Source of the DNA: a virus
Taxonomy: Duplodnaviria > Caudoviricetes
Length of the DNA: 52,429 bases
Virus record (IMG/VR): IMGVR_UViG_3300032516_002092
Location: 1 to 52,429 of that record
Direction: 5' to 3' (one strand)
Part shown: positions 36,852 to 46,496 of the stretch, one piece after another
Numbering within the stretch: the stretch's first letter is position 1
Layout: each line of letters starts with the position of its first letter
Made by a program: the position numbers and the translations under genes
Notes under the pieces: generated by a model
Database searches by the model: none
What the model was told of the DNA's origin: nothing
What the model saw: the letters and a program-made list of their open reading frames with translations, nothing else

Positions 36852-39463
36852 AGCGCCTATACGTGGCCCCCCAGTTCGACAAGCCGGACGCCGCCGATGG
36901 TGGCATCCGCCGGGTAGTAGAGGCTCAGGCCCGCTACCTGCCCGATCACGGCTGGGTCATCATCCAGGACCCCTACTCGGCTGACTTGGTGGCCTGCCAC
37001 GCCGGCACCTACTGCGACCGCAACATTGACGCCGCCTGGGTGGCCCACTGCCACGGGCTCTACTGGGGCGCTGAGATGGAGTTCGGCCAGTGGGCAACTG
37101 AAGCCAACGCCCACGTCATCATCAACCTCAAGCGGGCCGACGCCATCACCGCTCCCTCCGAGTGGGTGGCACAGTCCATTCGCCGGGGACTCTGCACGGG
37201 TGTGGATGTCATCGGCCACGGGATCGAGCCCGACGAGTGGGATCTCGGCCAGAGCCAGGGCTACGTGCTCTGGAACAAGGCCCGGCAGGATGTCGTTTGT
37301 GACCCCGCCGAGATGAACAAGCTGGCGGCGATGTGCCCGGACGTCAAGTTCCTGAGCACGTTCGGCCAAGAGCGAACAAATGTCAGCATCATGGGCAAGG
37401 TGCCCTACGACTCCATGCGGGAGACCGTCAGGAACGCTGGCGTCTACCTCTGCACCGCACGGGAGACCTTTGGCATCGGCACCCTGGAAGCGATGGCGGC
37501 GGGCGTACCCGTCCTGGCGTGGCGGCACGGTGGGCAGGTTGACATCATCCAGCACCAGGAGCATGGGTGGCTCTCGACGCCGGGCGACTATGACGACCTG
37601 GCCCGGGGCCTTCGCTACTGCCTGGCCAACCGGGCACGGCTGGGGGCGGCGGCTCGGGATCATGTCCTGACTCGCTACCTCTGGCGGGATGTCATTGCCA
37701 GGTATGCCCAACTCTACGACCGGGTGTTGGCCAGGGGGCAACAGGACCATAGCGGCCCCAAGGTCTCGGTCGTCGTCACCTGCTACAACCTGGCCCAGTT
37801 CTTGGGCGAGTGCCTGGAGTCCATTCGCAAGCAGACGATGTTCGACTGGGAGTGCATCATCGTCGACGATTGCAGCCCGGACAATACGCCCGAGGTGGCC
37901 GCCGACTGGACGGCCAAGGACCCGCGCATCAAGTATGTTCGCAACGAGACCAACCAGTACCTGGCCGAAGCTCGCAACGTGGGCATCCGGGCCAGCCATG
38001 GCCAGTACATCCTGTGCCTGGACGCCGACGACATGCTGGAGCCCAGAGCCCTGGAGATCCTGTCTGAAGCACTCGACCGGAACCATTCTATCGACATCGC
38101 CTATGGCCACATGGAGGCCTTCTACCCCGAACGTCGGGATGGCAACCAGCGGGAGCGGGGCGACTGGCCCACGGCGTTCCGGATGGAACAGCAGATGGCA
38201 GGCCGTAACCAGCTCCCGTACGCCAGCATGTACCGGCGCCGGGCTTGGGAGCGGGTGGGTGGCTACCGACAGCACATCCGCACCGCGGAGGACGCCGACT
38301 TCTGGTGCCGGGTGACCGGCTATGGGTTCAAGCCCGCTAAGGTGACCGAGGCGGTCTTCCTGGTCAAGCGGGAACTTACTCGCAGCATGAGTCGGGTAGA
38401 GCCGGTCAGTCGGGACTGGCGAGACTGGGCACCCTGGGCACGCAACCCACGACTGGCGCCGTTTGGTGCCGTCCTCTCCTCCACCCAGCGGGAAGAGCGG
38501 CACGCCTGGCCCGTCCGGTCGCACGCCAAGCCCCGATTCTCAGTCGTCATCCCGGTGGGGCCCGGCCACTCGAAGGCGGTCATCAAGGCCATTGACTCCG
38601 TAGTAGCGCAGACAACGCCCGACTGGGAAGCCATCATCGTCAACGACACCGGCGGCGACCTGTCGCTGCCCGGCTTCCCGTTCGCCAAAGTCATCACCAC
38701 GTCCGGCAAGGCCGGTGCAGGTGCCGCTCGCAACGCTGGGGCGAAGGTGGCGCTGGGCCAGTTCCTGACCTTCCTGGACGCCGACGACTGGCTGCACCCG
38801 GAGTTTCTGCGGACCTGCTCGCAGGTCTGGAAGGACCCGCACGAGTACGTCTACACCAACAGCATGAACGTCCGGGGAGCGACCATCGAAGAGTTCGACC
38901 CTGGTGACATCACCAGTCAGGACCATCTGAAGGAGTCCAAGCACCCGGTGACGACGCTGCTGCCGAGGCAGGCGTGGGTAGATGTCGGCGGGTTTGACGA
39001 GGTGATGCTGGGGTGGGAGGACTGGGATTTCTACATCGCCTTGGCGGTGGCGGGTTACGTTCCGGTGCACCTGCCGACCGTGCTGGTGGCCTACGACCTC
39101 TACTCCGGCGAACGCCGGGAGGCTGCCATAGCGGCCAAGGCGAAGTTGATCCCGTACCTGCATGAGAAGTGGTTTGACTACATCGAGGGGAACAAAGAGA
39201 TGGGCTGTGGCAGTTGTGGACGGAGGGCTAGTGCTCCACCCCCGGTAGCGCCGGTTACTGATAACGTGCAGTCGAGTATCCCGGTGGCCGGTGGCGCTGT
39301 CGACCAGATGGTCATGATCGAGTACGCCGACCCCCGGCAGGGGGATCACTTGGTGTTTGGCCGGGCTACTGCGACCAAGTACGGTATTCGCTCGCAGGGT
39401 GACCACTTTTATGTCGACCCCCGCGATATCGCCATCGAGCCGGCGCGGTTCCGGGTGGCATGA
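36848..39463 (+). CDS. Multidomain glycosyltransferase (GT4 + GT2 + GT2)
   Basis: ETFGIGTLEAMAAGVPV; VSVVVTCYN..IVDDCS..LDADD; FSVVIPV..LDADD..GWEDWDF. Confidence 0.9.
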   Translation: MKRLYVAPQFDKPDAADGGIRRVVEAQARYLPDHGWVIIQDPYSADLVACHAGTYCDRNIDAAWVAHCHGLYWGAEMEFGQWATEANAHVIINLKRADAITAPSEWVAQSIRRGLCTGVDVIGHGIEPDEWDLGQSQGYVLWNKARQDVVCDPAEMNKLAAMCPDVKFLSTFGQERTNVSIMGKVPYDSMRETVRNAGVYLCTARETFGIGTLEAMAAGVPVLAWRHGGQVDIIQHQEHGWLSTPGDYDDLARGLRYCLANRARLGAAARDHVLTRYLWRDVIARYAQLYDRVLARGQQDHSGPKVSVVVTCYNLAQFLGECLESIRKQTMFDWECIIVDDCSPDNTPEVAADWTAKDPRIKYVRNETNQYLAEARNVGIRASHGQYILCLDADDMLEPRALEILSEALDRNHSIDIAYGHMEAFYPERRDGNQRERGDWPTAFRMEQQMAGRNQLPYASMYRRRAWERVGGYRQHIRTAEDADFWCRVTGYGFKPAKVTEAVFLVKRELTRSMSRVEPVSRDWRDWAPWARNPRLAPFGAVLSSTQREERHAWPVRSHAKPRFSVVIPVGPGHSKAVIKAIDSVVAQTTPDWEAIIVNDTGGDLSLPGFPFAKVITTSGKAGAGAARNAGAKVALGQFLTFLDADDWLHPEFLRTCSQVWKDPHEYVYTNSMNVRGATIEEFDPGDITSQDHLKESKHPVTTLLPRQAWVDVGGFDEVMLGWEDWDFYIALAVAGYVPVHLPTVLVAYDLYSGERREAAIAAKAKLIPYLHEKWFDYIEGNKEMGCGSCGRRASAPPPVAPVTDNVQSSIPVAGGAVDQMVMIEYADPRQGDHLVFGRATATKYGIRSQGDHFYVDPRDIAIEPARFRVA

Positions 39464-39810
39464 TGCTGGAGTTCATCGTCGGGGCGCTAGCCGTCTACCG
39501 GCTGGCGGTGCTACTGGCCAAAGATGATGGGCCGGGCGACTGGTTCCTGTGGATTCGTACCTGGCTGGGGGCCTACGACTACGAGCGGCCTTATGGCGGG
39601 GAGGCGCGGCCACGAACCAACCTGGGGCGGGCGATCTCCTGTCCCCGCTGCCTGTCGGTGTGGCTGGCCATGCCGGTGGCAACCTGGGTCTGGTGGCTGG
39701 CTCCCATGGGGGCAGGGACCTGGTGGGCAGCCGGGGTGTGGGGCGTGCTGGGGTGGCTGGCACTCTCCGGGGCAGCAGTTTGGTTGGCCGAGACGAGCGA
39801 TAAGGGATAG
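39460..39810 (+). CDS. DUF1360-like membrane protein
   Basis: LAVYRL..LL..D.GP, CPRCLSVW, LALSGAA. Confidence 0.7.
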   Translation: MMLEFIVGALAVYRLAVLLAKDDGPGDWFLWIRTWLGAYDYERPYGGEARPRTNLGRAISCPRCLSVWLAMPVATWVWWLAPMGAGTWWAAGVWGVLGWLALSGAAVWLAETSDKG

Positions 39811-39819
39811 AGGCTCATC

Positions 39820-41310
39820 ATGCCCGAGGAACAGTACGCCAACCGAGCGGAGACTACACTGGCGGCCGGTATTACCGCGCTGGCGCTGGCCATCACGGTG
39901 GTCGACTTCAGCGAGTTTCCCACGGCCAGCCAGTATGTGGTCTCGGTTGACGAGGGGGCCAGCCACGAGCTAATGCTGGTGACCGCGGGTGCGGGCACCG
40001 CTGCCTGGACCGTAACCCGTGCCATCGAGGGCACGGCTGCCGGGGTATTCTCAACTGCCGCCACAGTGGCGCAGGTCGTGAGTGCAGCGGCGTTGCGGCG
40101 TCTGGTGACCGTGCGCCGTGAGGGCGTGGACATCGGCTACCGAACCCGGCTGAACCTGCATCAGGGCATCGGCATGGGCGTGGCGGTGGCCGATGACGCC
40201 GTCAATGGCGAGGTGGACATCACCCTGACGAGCTCGGCTGCGGCCGGGCCGCAGGGAGCGCAGGGCGACCAAGGCGCGCCAGGAGCCCCTGGAGCCGCCG
40301 GGGCACAGGGCGCTGCTGGAGCGCAGGGCACGACCGGCGCACAAGGCAGCACTGGGGCGCAGGGAGCTACCGGTAGCCAAGGGGCTCCTGGTGCCCAGGG
40401 AGCTTCCGGAGCGCAAGGTGCAACAGGTGCCCAGGGGGCCACCGGCTCACAGGGAGCGGCCGGGAGCCAGGGCGTCCCAGGTGCACAGGGGCCGCAGGGT
40501 GACCAAGGAGCCGCCGGAGCCCAAGGGCCAGCGGGCGCCCAGGGTGCCACAGGCAGTCAGGGCGCGACTGGTGCACAAGGAGCCACGGGCGCTCAGGGTT
40601 CCGCTGGAGCCCAGGGAAACCAAGGCGACCAAGGCGCGGCTGGGGCACAGGGTGCGACTGGCGCACAAGGCGCGGCCGGGGCTCAGGGTGCATCCGGGGC
40701 ACAGGGCAACCAGGGCAACCAGGGGGCATCAGGAGCGCAGGGCGCTACCGGGGCACAGGGCAGTACAGGTTCCCAGGGTGCGACCGGGAGCCAGGGCGCC
40801 ACGGGTGCCGCTCCGGCCGGGCAGATATTCCTGTCTGCCGCTGGCATGTGGCCGTCCACCACGAGCGGTTGCGCTGCCAACGCCAAGACCGACTCCGGCG
40901 CTCAGGACGTCAACTACTACAACCTCGCATTCGATGCGGCGGCAGACGAGTACGCTGAGTGCAGTTTGGCCATGCCGAGCGACTGGGACGCGGGCACGGT
41001 CACCGCTACGTTCTACTGGAGTTGCGCAGGGGGCTCGGGGGCGCAGACTGTCAAGTGGTACTGCCAGGGGCGGAGCTTCGGCAATGACGACGCCATCGAC
41101 CAGGCGTGGGGGAACGCCGTTGGGATAGAGGATACTTACCTCGCCAACGGCGACCTGCACATATCTGCGGCCACGGCGGCCATTACGCTGGCAGGAACGC
41201 CAGCCGCGGGCGAGCTTGCGGCCTTCCGTGTCTACCGGGACGTCTCAGAGGACGACCTGGCCGGGGACGCCCTGTTGCTGGGCGTGATGGTTGGGTACAC
41301 CCGGGTCTAG
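39820..41310 (+). CDS. Collagen-like fibre/decoration protein
   Basis: N-terminal AETTLA...ELMLVT...VTRAIEGT; about 63 Gly-X-Y triplets (40246-40812); beta-rich C-terminus. Confidence 0.85.
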   Translation: MPEEQYANRAETTLAAGITALALAITVVDFSEFPTASQYVVSVDEGASHELMLVTAGAGTAAWTVTRAIEGTAAGVFSTAATVAQVVSAAALRRLVTVRREGVDIGYRTRLNLHQGIGMGVAVADDAVNGEVDITLTSSAAAGPQGAQGDQGAPGAPGAAGAQGAAGAQGTTGAQGSTGAQGATGSQGAPGAQGASGAQGATGAQGATGSQGAAGSQGVPGAQGPQGDQGAAGAQGPAGAQGATGSQGATGAQGATGAQGSAGAQGNQGDQGAAGAQGATGAQGAAGAQGASGAQGNQGNQGASGAQGATGAQGSTGSQGATGSQGATGAAPAGQIFLSAAGMWPSTTSGCAANAKTDSGAQDVNYYNLAFDAAADEYAECSLAMPSDWDAGTVTATFYWSCAGGSGAQTVKWYCQGRSFGNDDAIDQAWGNAVGIEDTYLANGDLHISAATAAITLAGTPAAGELAAFRVYRDVSEDDLAGDALLLGVMVGYTRV

Positions 41311-41321
41311 GAGGTAGAGGA

Positions 41322-41657
41322 TTGTCCGACTTGATTGACCGCCTATCGGGCGAGGCGACCGCCCGACCGAAGATCAACCTGCACCGGTTCATTGCCGTCG
41401 AGAGGCTGTACGCCTTTGGCGAGTGGACCCGAGCGCAGGTTGCCGCCGAGTTCGACTTGCAGGGCACCGAGGCGACTCAGGCTGGACAACTGGCGGACAA
41501 GATTGACGCCCAGATCGGAGCGTCCAACAAGGCGCTCTACGTCCTGCGGGTGGAGTCCGTCTGCATGTGCATTGAGGACCGCACGGACGGCCTCTACCAC
41601 TCGGCTGGCGTGGTGAACAAGGCCAAGGTCTACGAAGACATCCAGATAACAGGGTAG
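41322..41657 (+). CDS. Hypothetical protein
   Basis: AGGAGGT RBS, TTG start. Confidence 0.55.
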   Translation: MSDLIDRLSGEATARPKINLHRFIAVERLYAFGEWTRAQVAAEFDLQGTEATQAGQLADKIDAQIGASNKALYVLRVESVCMCIEDRTDGLYHSAGVVNKAKVYEDIQITG

Positions 41658-41661
41658 CGAG

Positions 41662-42906
41662 TTGGCCTACAGCGCCTTCGTCGGAAGCTTCAATATCGAC
41701 GTCTCCAAGACGGCGGGCCAGACGCAGGCCATTACCGGCGTCGGGTTCACGCCCAAGATCGTGCTGTTCTGGTGGAGCGGCACGGTTCGGACTGGCGACG
41801 GGGTGGCGGGCGAGACCATCCGCCCGGGCTTTGGCGCCGTAGCTGGAGCATCCAGTCGTTTCTTTGTCGCTGCGTACTCAGAAGATGCGGCGGCCAGAAC
41901 CAACACAGCACACGGTGCCAGCACGACAGCCTGCATTGGTGTTTACGCTGACGGCACGCCTACCGCCGACGGTCTGGCAGACTGGGGCAGTTTCGACGCC
42001 GACGGCTTTACCCTGACCATAGACGACCAGTTCACGATTGCCGCTCGCATCTCGTACCTGGCGCTGGGTGGCACCGACCTGAGCAACGTCTTCATCGGCA
42101 ACAAAGCCTATCCCACATCGGCCGGCAACTATGCGACAACTGGTGTAGGGTTCCAGCCCGATGCCATGATCTTCGTACCCACCAACCTGGGGTCTGCTGC
42201 AACGAGCGCTGTTAGCCTGCACTTTGGCATTGGCATAGCGGCTGGGGGCGCCCAGGGGGCCACCTACAACAACGATGGCGACGATGGGGCCACATCGAAT
42301 ACCACAGCATACGGCTATAACGGGGAGGTAATCGCCACCCGGATCATGGGCATCCGGGAGTCTTGGGTTTCGTTCGACGCCGACGGTTTCACGCTTAACC
42401 ATCTGGAAGGCGCGACCGCAAACTACTACCACTATGTTGCACTGAAGGGCGGGCAGTATAAGGTTGGCGAGCTAACCACCAGGACCGACGGCAATGACAT
42501 CGTGGAGACGGAGCCGAACTTCACTCCGGTTGGTCTGCTGTTTCTCTCCGCCAACCGTGCCCACTCTACCCAGGACACGCCCACCGACCATGCGCGGCTG
42601 TCGATTGGTGCCGCCACCTCGGCCAGCAACCGGGCAGCGCAGGCCATATCCGATGAGGACAACCTAGCCGACACGGAGACGGCCACCGCTAACTACGACA
42701 CGGCGGTCTACGCCAATGTTCTGGATGACGGCGTTGTCGGACTGATGGACATCAAGTCCATCGACGCTACCGGCTTCACGGCGGTCATGGACGATACCGA
42801 TCCGTCCGCGTGCTGGGTCACGTACCTGGCCATTGGGGGGGCGGCGGTCAGTTCTTACGTCCCCCGTCACGGCTTCATCCACCACAACAACCCGGCAGTC
42901 GCATAG
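41662..42906 (+). CDS. Putative virion protein with three internal repeats
   Basis: GVGFTPK / GVGFQPD / PNFTPVG and SFDADGFTL twice plus SIDATGFTA. Confidence 0.7.
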   Translation: MAYSAFVGSFNIDVSKTAGQTQAITGVGFTPKIVLFWWSGTVRTGDGVAGETIRPGFGAVAGASSRFFVAAYSEDAAARTNTAHGASTTACIGVYADGTPTADGLADWGSFDADGFTLTIDDQFTIAARISYLALGGTDLSNVFIGNKAYPTSAGNYATTGVGFQPDAMIFVPTNLGSAATSAVSLHFGIGIAAGGAQGATYNNDGDDGATSNTTAYGYNGEVIATRIMGIRESWVSFDADGFTLNHLEGATANYYHYVALKGGQYKVGELTTRTDGNDIVETEPNFTPVGLLFLSANRAHSTQDTPTDHARLSIGAATSASNRAAQAISDEDNLADTETATANYDTAVYANVLDDGVVGLMDIKSIDATGFTAVMDDTDPSACWVTYLAIGGAAVSSYVPRHGFIHHNNPAVA

Positions 42907-42919
42907 GAGCAGCAGACAG

Positions 42920-44680
42920 ATGCACGACAACTCACGTACGCTGATGCGCCGCATCCTGGCCCGGTACGCCCCGACGGCGGGCCGACTCCTAGACGTGGGC
43001 GCCTATGACGTGAACGGAACCTACCGTCAGGACGTGGGGGCGCTGGAGTACACCGGCTGCGACGTGCAGGCGGGGCCGAACGTGGACATGGTAATGACAG
43101 GACCGGCGGCCATCCCGGCAGAGTCGGGCGCCTACGATGTGGTGATTTCGGGCCAGACGCTGGAACACGCTGAGGACCCGAGGGCGCTCATGGTGGAGAT
43201 GGCCCGGGTGCTACGGCCCGGCGGTCTCCTGGTAGTGATTGCCCCCAGCACCGGGGCGCTGCACCGGTACCCGGTGGACTGCTGGCGAATACTGCCCGAT
43301 GGTATGAGGGCTCTGGGCAAGGCAGCGGGGTTACGGGAGTTGGAGATTACGTGGAGCCAGGTAGACCCATACCGGGACGTGGCGGGAGCATGGCGCAAGC
43401 CCGGACCGGACGAGCCCAGGTTGTCGGTGGTGACGCCGACGCACAACACCCAGTGGCTGCCGGAGGTGGCCGACTCGCTCAGGGCACAGGACTTCACCGG
43501 ATCCTGGGAGTGGCTGATTGTCCCCAACAACGGCGCGGAGATTGACGCTGGGCAGTTCGATGACCTGCCGGTTCGGGTGGTACCGATGGGGGGCGAAGCG
43601 AAGGGCGTCGGTGCCATCAAGGCGTTCGCTTTCGGACAGGCTCGGGGCGAGATTCACGTAGAGCTGGACCACGACGACCTGCTGACGCCGCACGCCCTGA
43701 CGACCATCGACCGGGCATTTACCGAACACCCGGAGGCGGTGCTGGCCTACTCCAACAGCGGGGAGTTCTGGGACGGCACCGACGAACCGAACACCTACGA
43801 TACCCGGTATGGTTGGCTGCATCGAGACCGGGAGTTCTACGGGCGCAAGTTCGTGGAGCTGCGGGGATTCCCGCCGTCGCCTGCCATGATGCGGCACGTC
43901 AACTTCGCACCCAACCACGTCCGAGCCTGGTGGGCCGACGCCTACCGGGCGGTCGGGGGCCATGACGCAACACTGGCGCTGGCCGACGACCACGACCTGA
44001 TGTGCCGACTGTACGTGCACGGGCCGGCCCACTGGATTGACGACTGTCTGTACCTGTACCGCTGCTACGAGGGGCAGACATGGCGGCAGAGCCAGGGGAA
44101 GCCGGGAAGCGCTGCCAACACCAGCCAGCAAGTCTACCTGAAGCATGGGCGGGCGATGGCGGAGGCGTGGTGCCGCCGGGATGGCTTGCCGATGCTGGAC
44201 CTGGGGGCGGCACACAATCCGCAGGCTGGCTATGTCGGGGTGGACCGCCGGGAGGCACCGGGCGTCAACGTGGTCTGCGACCTGGACCGGGACCGCCTAC
44301 CATACGCCGACAGCAGCGTCGGGTTGATACGAGCCGTCGACTTCCTGGAGCACCTCGTCAACCCGGTCGCCGTGATGAACGAATTGTACCGGGTGCTGGC
44401 GCCGGGCGGGTGGATACTGACGGCCACACCGAGCACGGACGGCAGGGGTGCCTGCATGGACCCGACACACAGGACCGGCTGGAACAGCAATTCCTGGTGG
44501 TACTATACGCAGCGCCGGTTCGCCCAGTATGTGCCGGAGATTACCTGTCGCTTCCAGGTGGCACGGTTGGACAACGGCTACCCCTCTGACTGGCACCGAC
44601 TGCACCAGATACCCTACGTCTACGCCGACCTGATAGCCATCAAGGGCGACATCCGGCTGCCAGGCGAGGTACTCATATGA
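42920..44680 (+). CDS. Methyltransferase-GT2-methyltransferase fusion
   Basis: LDVGAYDVNG..SGQTLEH..HRYPVDCWR; SVVTPTHN..ELDHDD; LDLGA..DFLEH..RVLAPGG..DPTH. Confidence 0.88.
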   Translation: MHDNSRTLMRRILARYAPTAGRLLDVGAYDVNGTYRQDVGALEYTGCDVQAGPNVDMVMTGPAAIPAESGAYDVVISGQTLEHAEDPRALMVEMARVLRPGGLLVVIAPSTGALHRYPVDCWRILPDGMRALGKAAGLRELEITWSQVDPYRDVAGAWRKPGPDEPRLSVVTPTHNTQWLPEVADSLRAQDFTGSWEWLIVPNNGAEIDAGQFDDLPVRVVPMGGEAKGVGAIKAFAFGQARGEIHVELDHDDLLTPHALTTIDRAFTEHPEAVLAYSNSGEFWDGTDEPNTYDTRYGWLHRDREFYGRKFVELRGFPPSPAMMRHVNFAPNHVRAWWADAYRAVGGHDATLALADDHDLMCRLYVHGPAHWIDDCLYLYRCYEGQTWRQSQGKPGSAANTSQQVYLKHGRAMAEAWCRRDGLPMLDLGAAHNPQAGYVGVDRREAPGVNVVCDLDRDRLPYADSSVGLIRAVDFLEHLVNPVAVMNELYRVLAPGGWILTATPSTDGRGACMDPTHRTGWNSNSWWYYTQRRFAQYVPEITCRFQVARLDNGYPSDWHRLHQIPYVYADLIAIKGDIRLPGEVLI

Positions 44681-44967
44681 GCCTCTGGCAAGGCATGCTG
44701 GGGACGAAGTGCAGCCAGCCGGCCCTCATCATGCTGGGCTATCGGGGAACCTGCACCGAGGGAGCGGCGCTGGATGTGGGCTGTGAGTCCGGGTTCAAGC
44801 GCCATGCTGGCTCCCTATTGGTGGGCTCGGTCTCGTGCAGCACCACGGGGCGGGCCCGGAGCGGCGTGGCCACCGGCAACCTTACTTGCGGGGGCGTCAA
44901 GGCTACAAGCAGCAGCACGCTGGCCGGGAACCTGACCTGCACGAGTGTCAAACGAGCGAGGCACTAA
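44677..44967 (+). CDS. Small Cys/Gly-rich protein with GNLTC repeats
   Basis: ATGA overlap; GSVSC / GNLTC / GNLTC. Confidence 0.45.
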   Translation: MSLWQGMLGTKCSQPALIMLGYRGTCTEGAALDVGCESGFKRHAGSLLVGSVSCSTTGRARSGVATGNLTCGGVKATSSSTLAGNLTCTSVKRARH

Positions 44968-44976
44968 GAGGTAACC

Positions 44977-46179
44977 ATGAGTAGAGCGAGTACCCCAACG
45001 CTGCTGAGCCTCGACCGCTGGGCGGCGATAATCGGCCTGAACCCCTGGTACTTCAACCAGGCGACGACCACTACCTACCCCGGCACCGACTGCGAGGGTG
45101 TGACCTTCCAATACGACTGGATCGCCGCCGACCAGATAGGGCGTGAGGACATCGCCCGCGCCATCGCCCAGGCGGAGGAGGACATCGCCCGAGAGTCCGG
45201 CTACTGGCCAGCGCCCCGCTACGTTATGGATGATGAACTGCCCTATCCCCGCCACCACGACCGGGGGCTGTTCAACGTCAACATGCGGCAGGCCAGGGGA
45301 GACCGCAAGTCGGTCACGCTCTCGTGGGCGAAGCTCCAGGCGCTCGGCATCGAAGCCAGGGCGCTGATGGCAGCAGCCAGCGGTGTCACCTACGCAGGCA
45401 ATACCGCCACTGTGTCATTTGCTACCACGCTGACCGACCCTAACGAAGTACACATCTACTTCAGGGTTGGGGACGGCGCTGACGCTGCCGGGAGTGAGCA
45501 GTACCGCATTCGGCCAGTCAAAGTGTCGTTTGCAGGCGGGATGGTCACCATCACGGGGAACAAGTGGCTGTTCCTGAAGCCGTCGTTGTGGGAGGGTAAT
45601 ACCGCCATCGACGGTGACGACATCACCAACTTCGTGCTGACGGTGGACATCTACCGCCACTACTGCGACCCATCTGACATCGGCGTGCTGATCTGGGACC
45701 CGCTATCTGGCTGCACGGGCGACGGTTGCGTTGAAACCGAGCAGACGATCTGTGCTTCGGCCCGGGACTGGGACGCCAGCCGGGTGCTGCCCTGGCCCGC
45801 TACCTGGGACGCCACTGCCTGTGCCTACTCCGGGGAATGCTGCCCGGTGCTCTGCACCGATCCCGACAAGGTGCGGTTCAACTACCTGGCGGGCCACCCG
45901 CTGGGCAAAGACGGCGAGATGGACGACTACTGGGCGCGGGCGGTGGCCTACTACGCGGCGGCGCTTCTGGACCGGCCGCTGTGCTCGTGTGAGGCGGTGG
46001 CGGCCAAGGTCGAGAAGTGGCGGGAGGATCTGGCACTCAACCTGGGCACCTCGGGCGGGTCCCGCAGCTACCAACTGAGCGACACCATTATCAACAGCCC
46101 CTTCGGCACGACTAGGGGGGCGGTGTTCGCCTGGGAGCGGGTGCGGCGCCAGACCCAGGGCCGGGCGCTGGCAGTGTGA
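44977..46179 (+). CDS. Probable head-tail connector/adaptor with large insertion
   Basis: Position; IARAIAQAEEDI...GY and VRFNYLAG...WARAVAYYAA patterns. Confidence 0.5.
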   Translation: MSRASTPTLLSLDRWAAIIGLNPWYFNQATTTTYPGTDCEGVTFQYDWIAADQIGREDIARAIAQAEEDIARESGYWPAPRYVMDDELPYPRHHDRGLFNVNMRQARGDRKSVTLSWAKLQALGIEARALMAAASGVTYAGNTATVSFATTLTDPNEVHIYFRVGDGADAAGSEQYRIRPVKVSFAGGMVTITGNKWLFLKPSLWEGNTAIDGDDITNFVLTVDIYRHYCDPSDIGVLIWDPLSGCTGDGCVETEQTICASARDWDASRVLPWPATWDATACAYSGECCPVLCTDPDKVRFNYLAGHPLGKDGEMDDYWARAVAYYAAALLDRPLCSCEAVAAKVEKWREDLALNLGTSGGSRSYQLSDTIINSPFGTTRGAVFAWERVRRQTQGRALAV

Positions 46180-46186
46180 GGAGGAG

Positions 46187-46495
46187 ATGGTGAAACAGGT
46201 CGACTGGACCGACGACAACGGGTGCTTGCGGCGTTCTCTGCTGCCGGATTACGCTTTGGACGCCGAAGCGCCCGCTGGCATACCCGTAGGCGCCGACATC
46301 CGCTTCTATCGGTCGGAGCGAGAGATAGCGTGTGCCCTCCAGAATGAGCTGCGGCGTCGGGGCCTTTGGGGCCAAGCCGACGTGAAACGGCTGCGCGGGC
46401 GGGCGTCAACGGAGGTGTTCGCTGCCTTGCAGGCGGTGTTGCGTGTGGACGCGCAGTCGGTGCTTGACCAGTACCGCCTGGCGGAGGGCAACTGA
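46187..46495 (+). CDS. Hypothetical protein
   Basis: GAGGAG RBS, 102 aa. Confidence 0.6.
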   Translation: MVKQVDWTDDNGCLRRSLLPDYALDAEAPAGIPVGADIRFYRSEREIACALQNELRRRGLWGQADVKRLRGRASTEVFAALQAVLRVDAQSVLDQYRLAEGN

Positions 46496-46496
46496 C

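Noticed and set aside
40246-40812. 9/18-bp DNA repeats as a non-coding array
   Set aside because: Fully explained by Gly-X-Y collagen coding with synonymous variation
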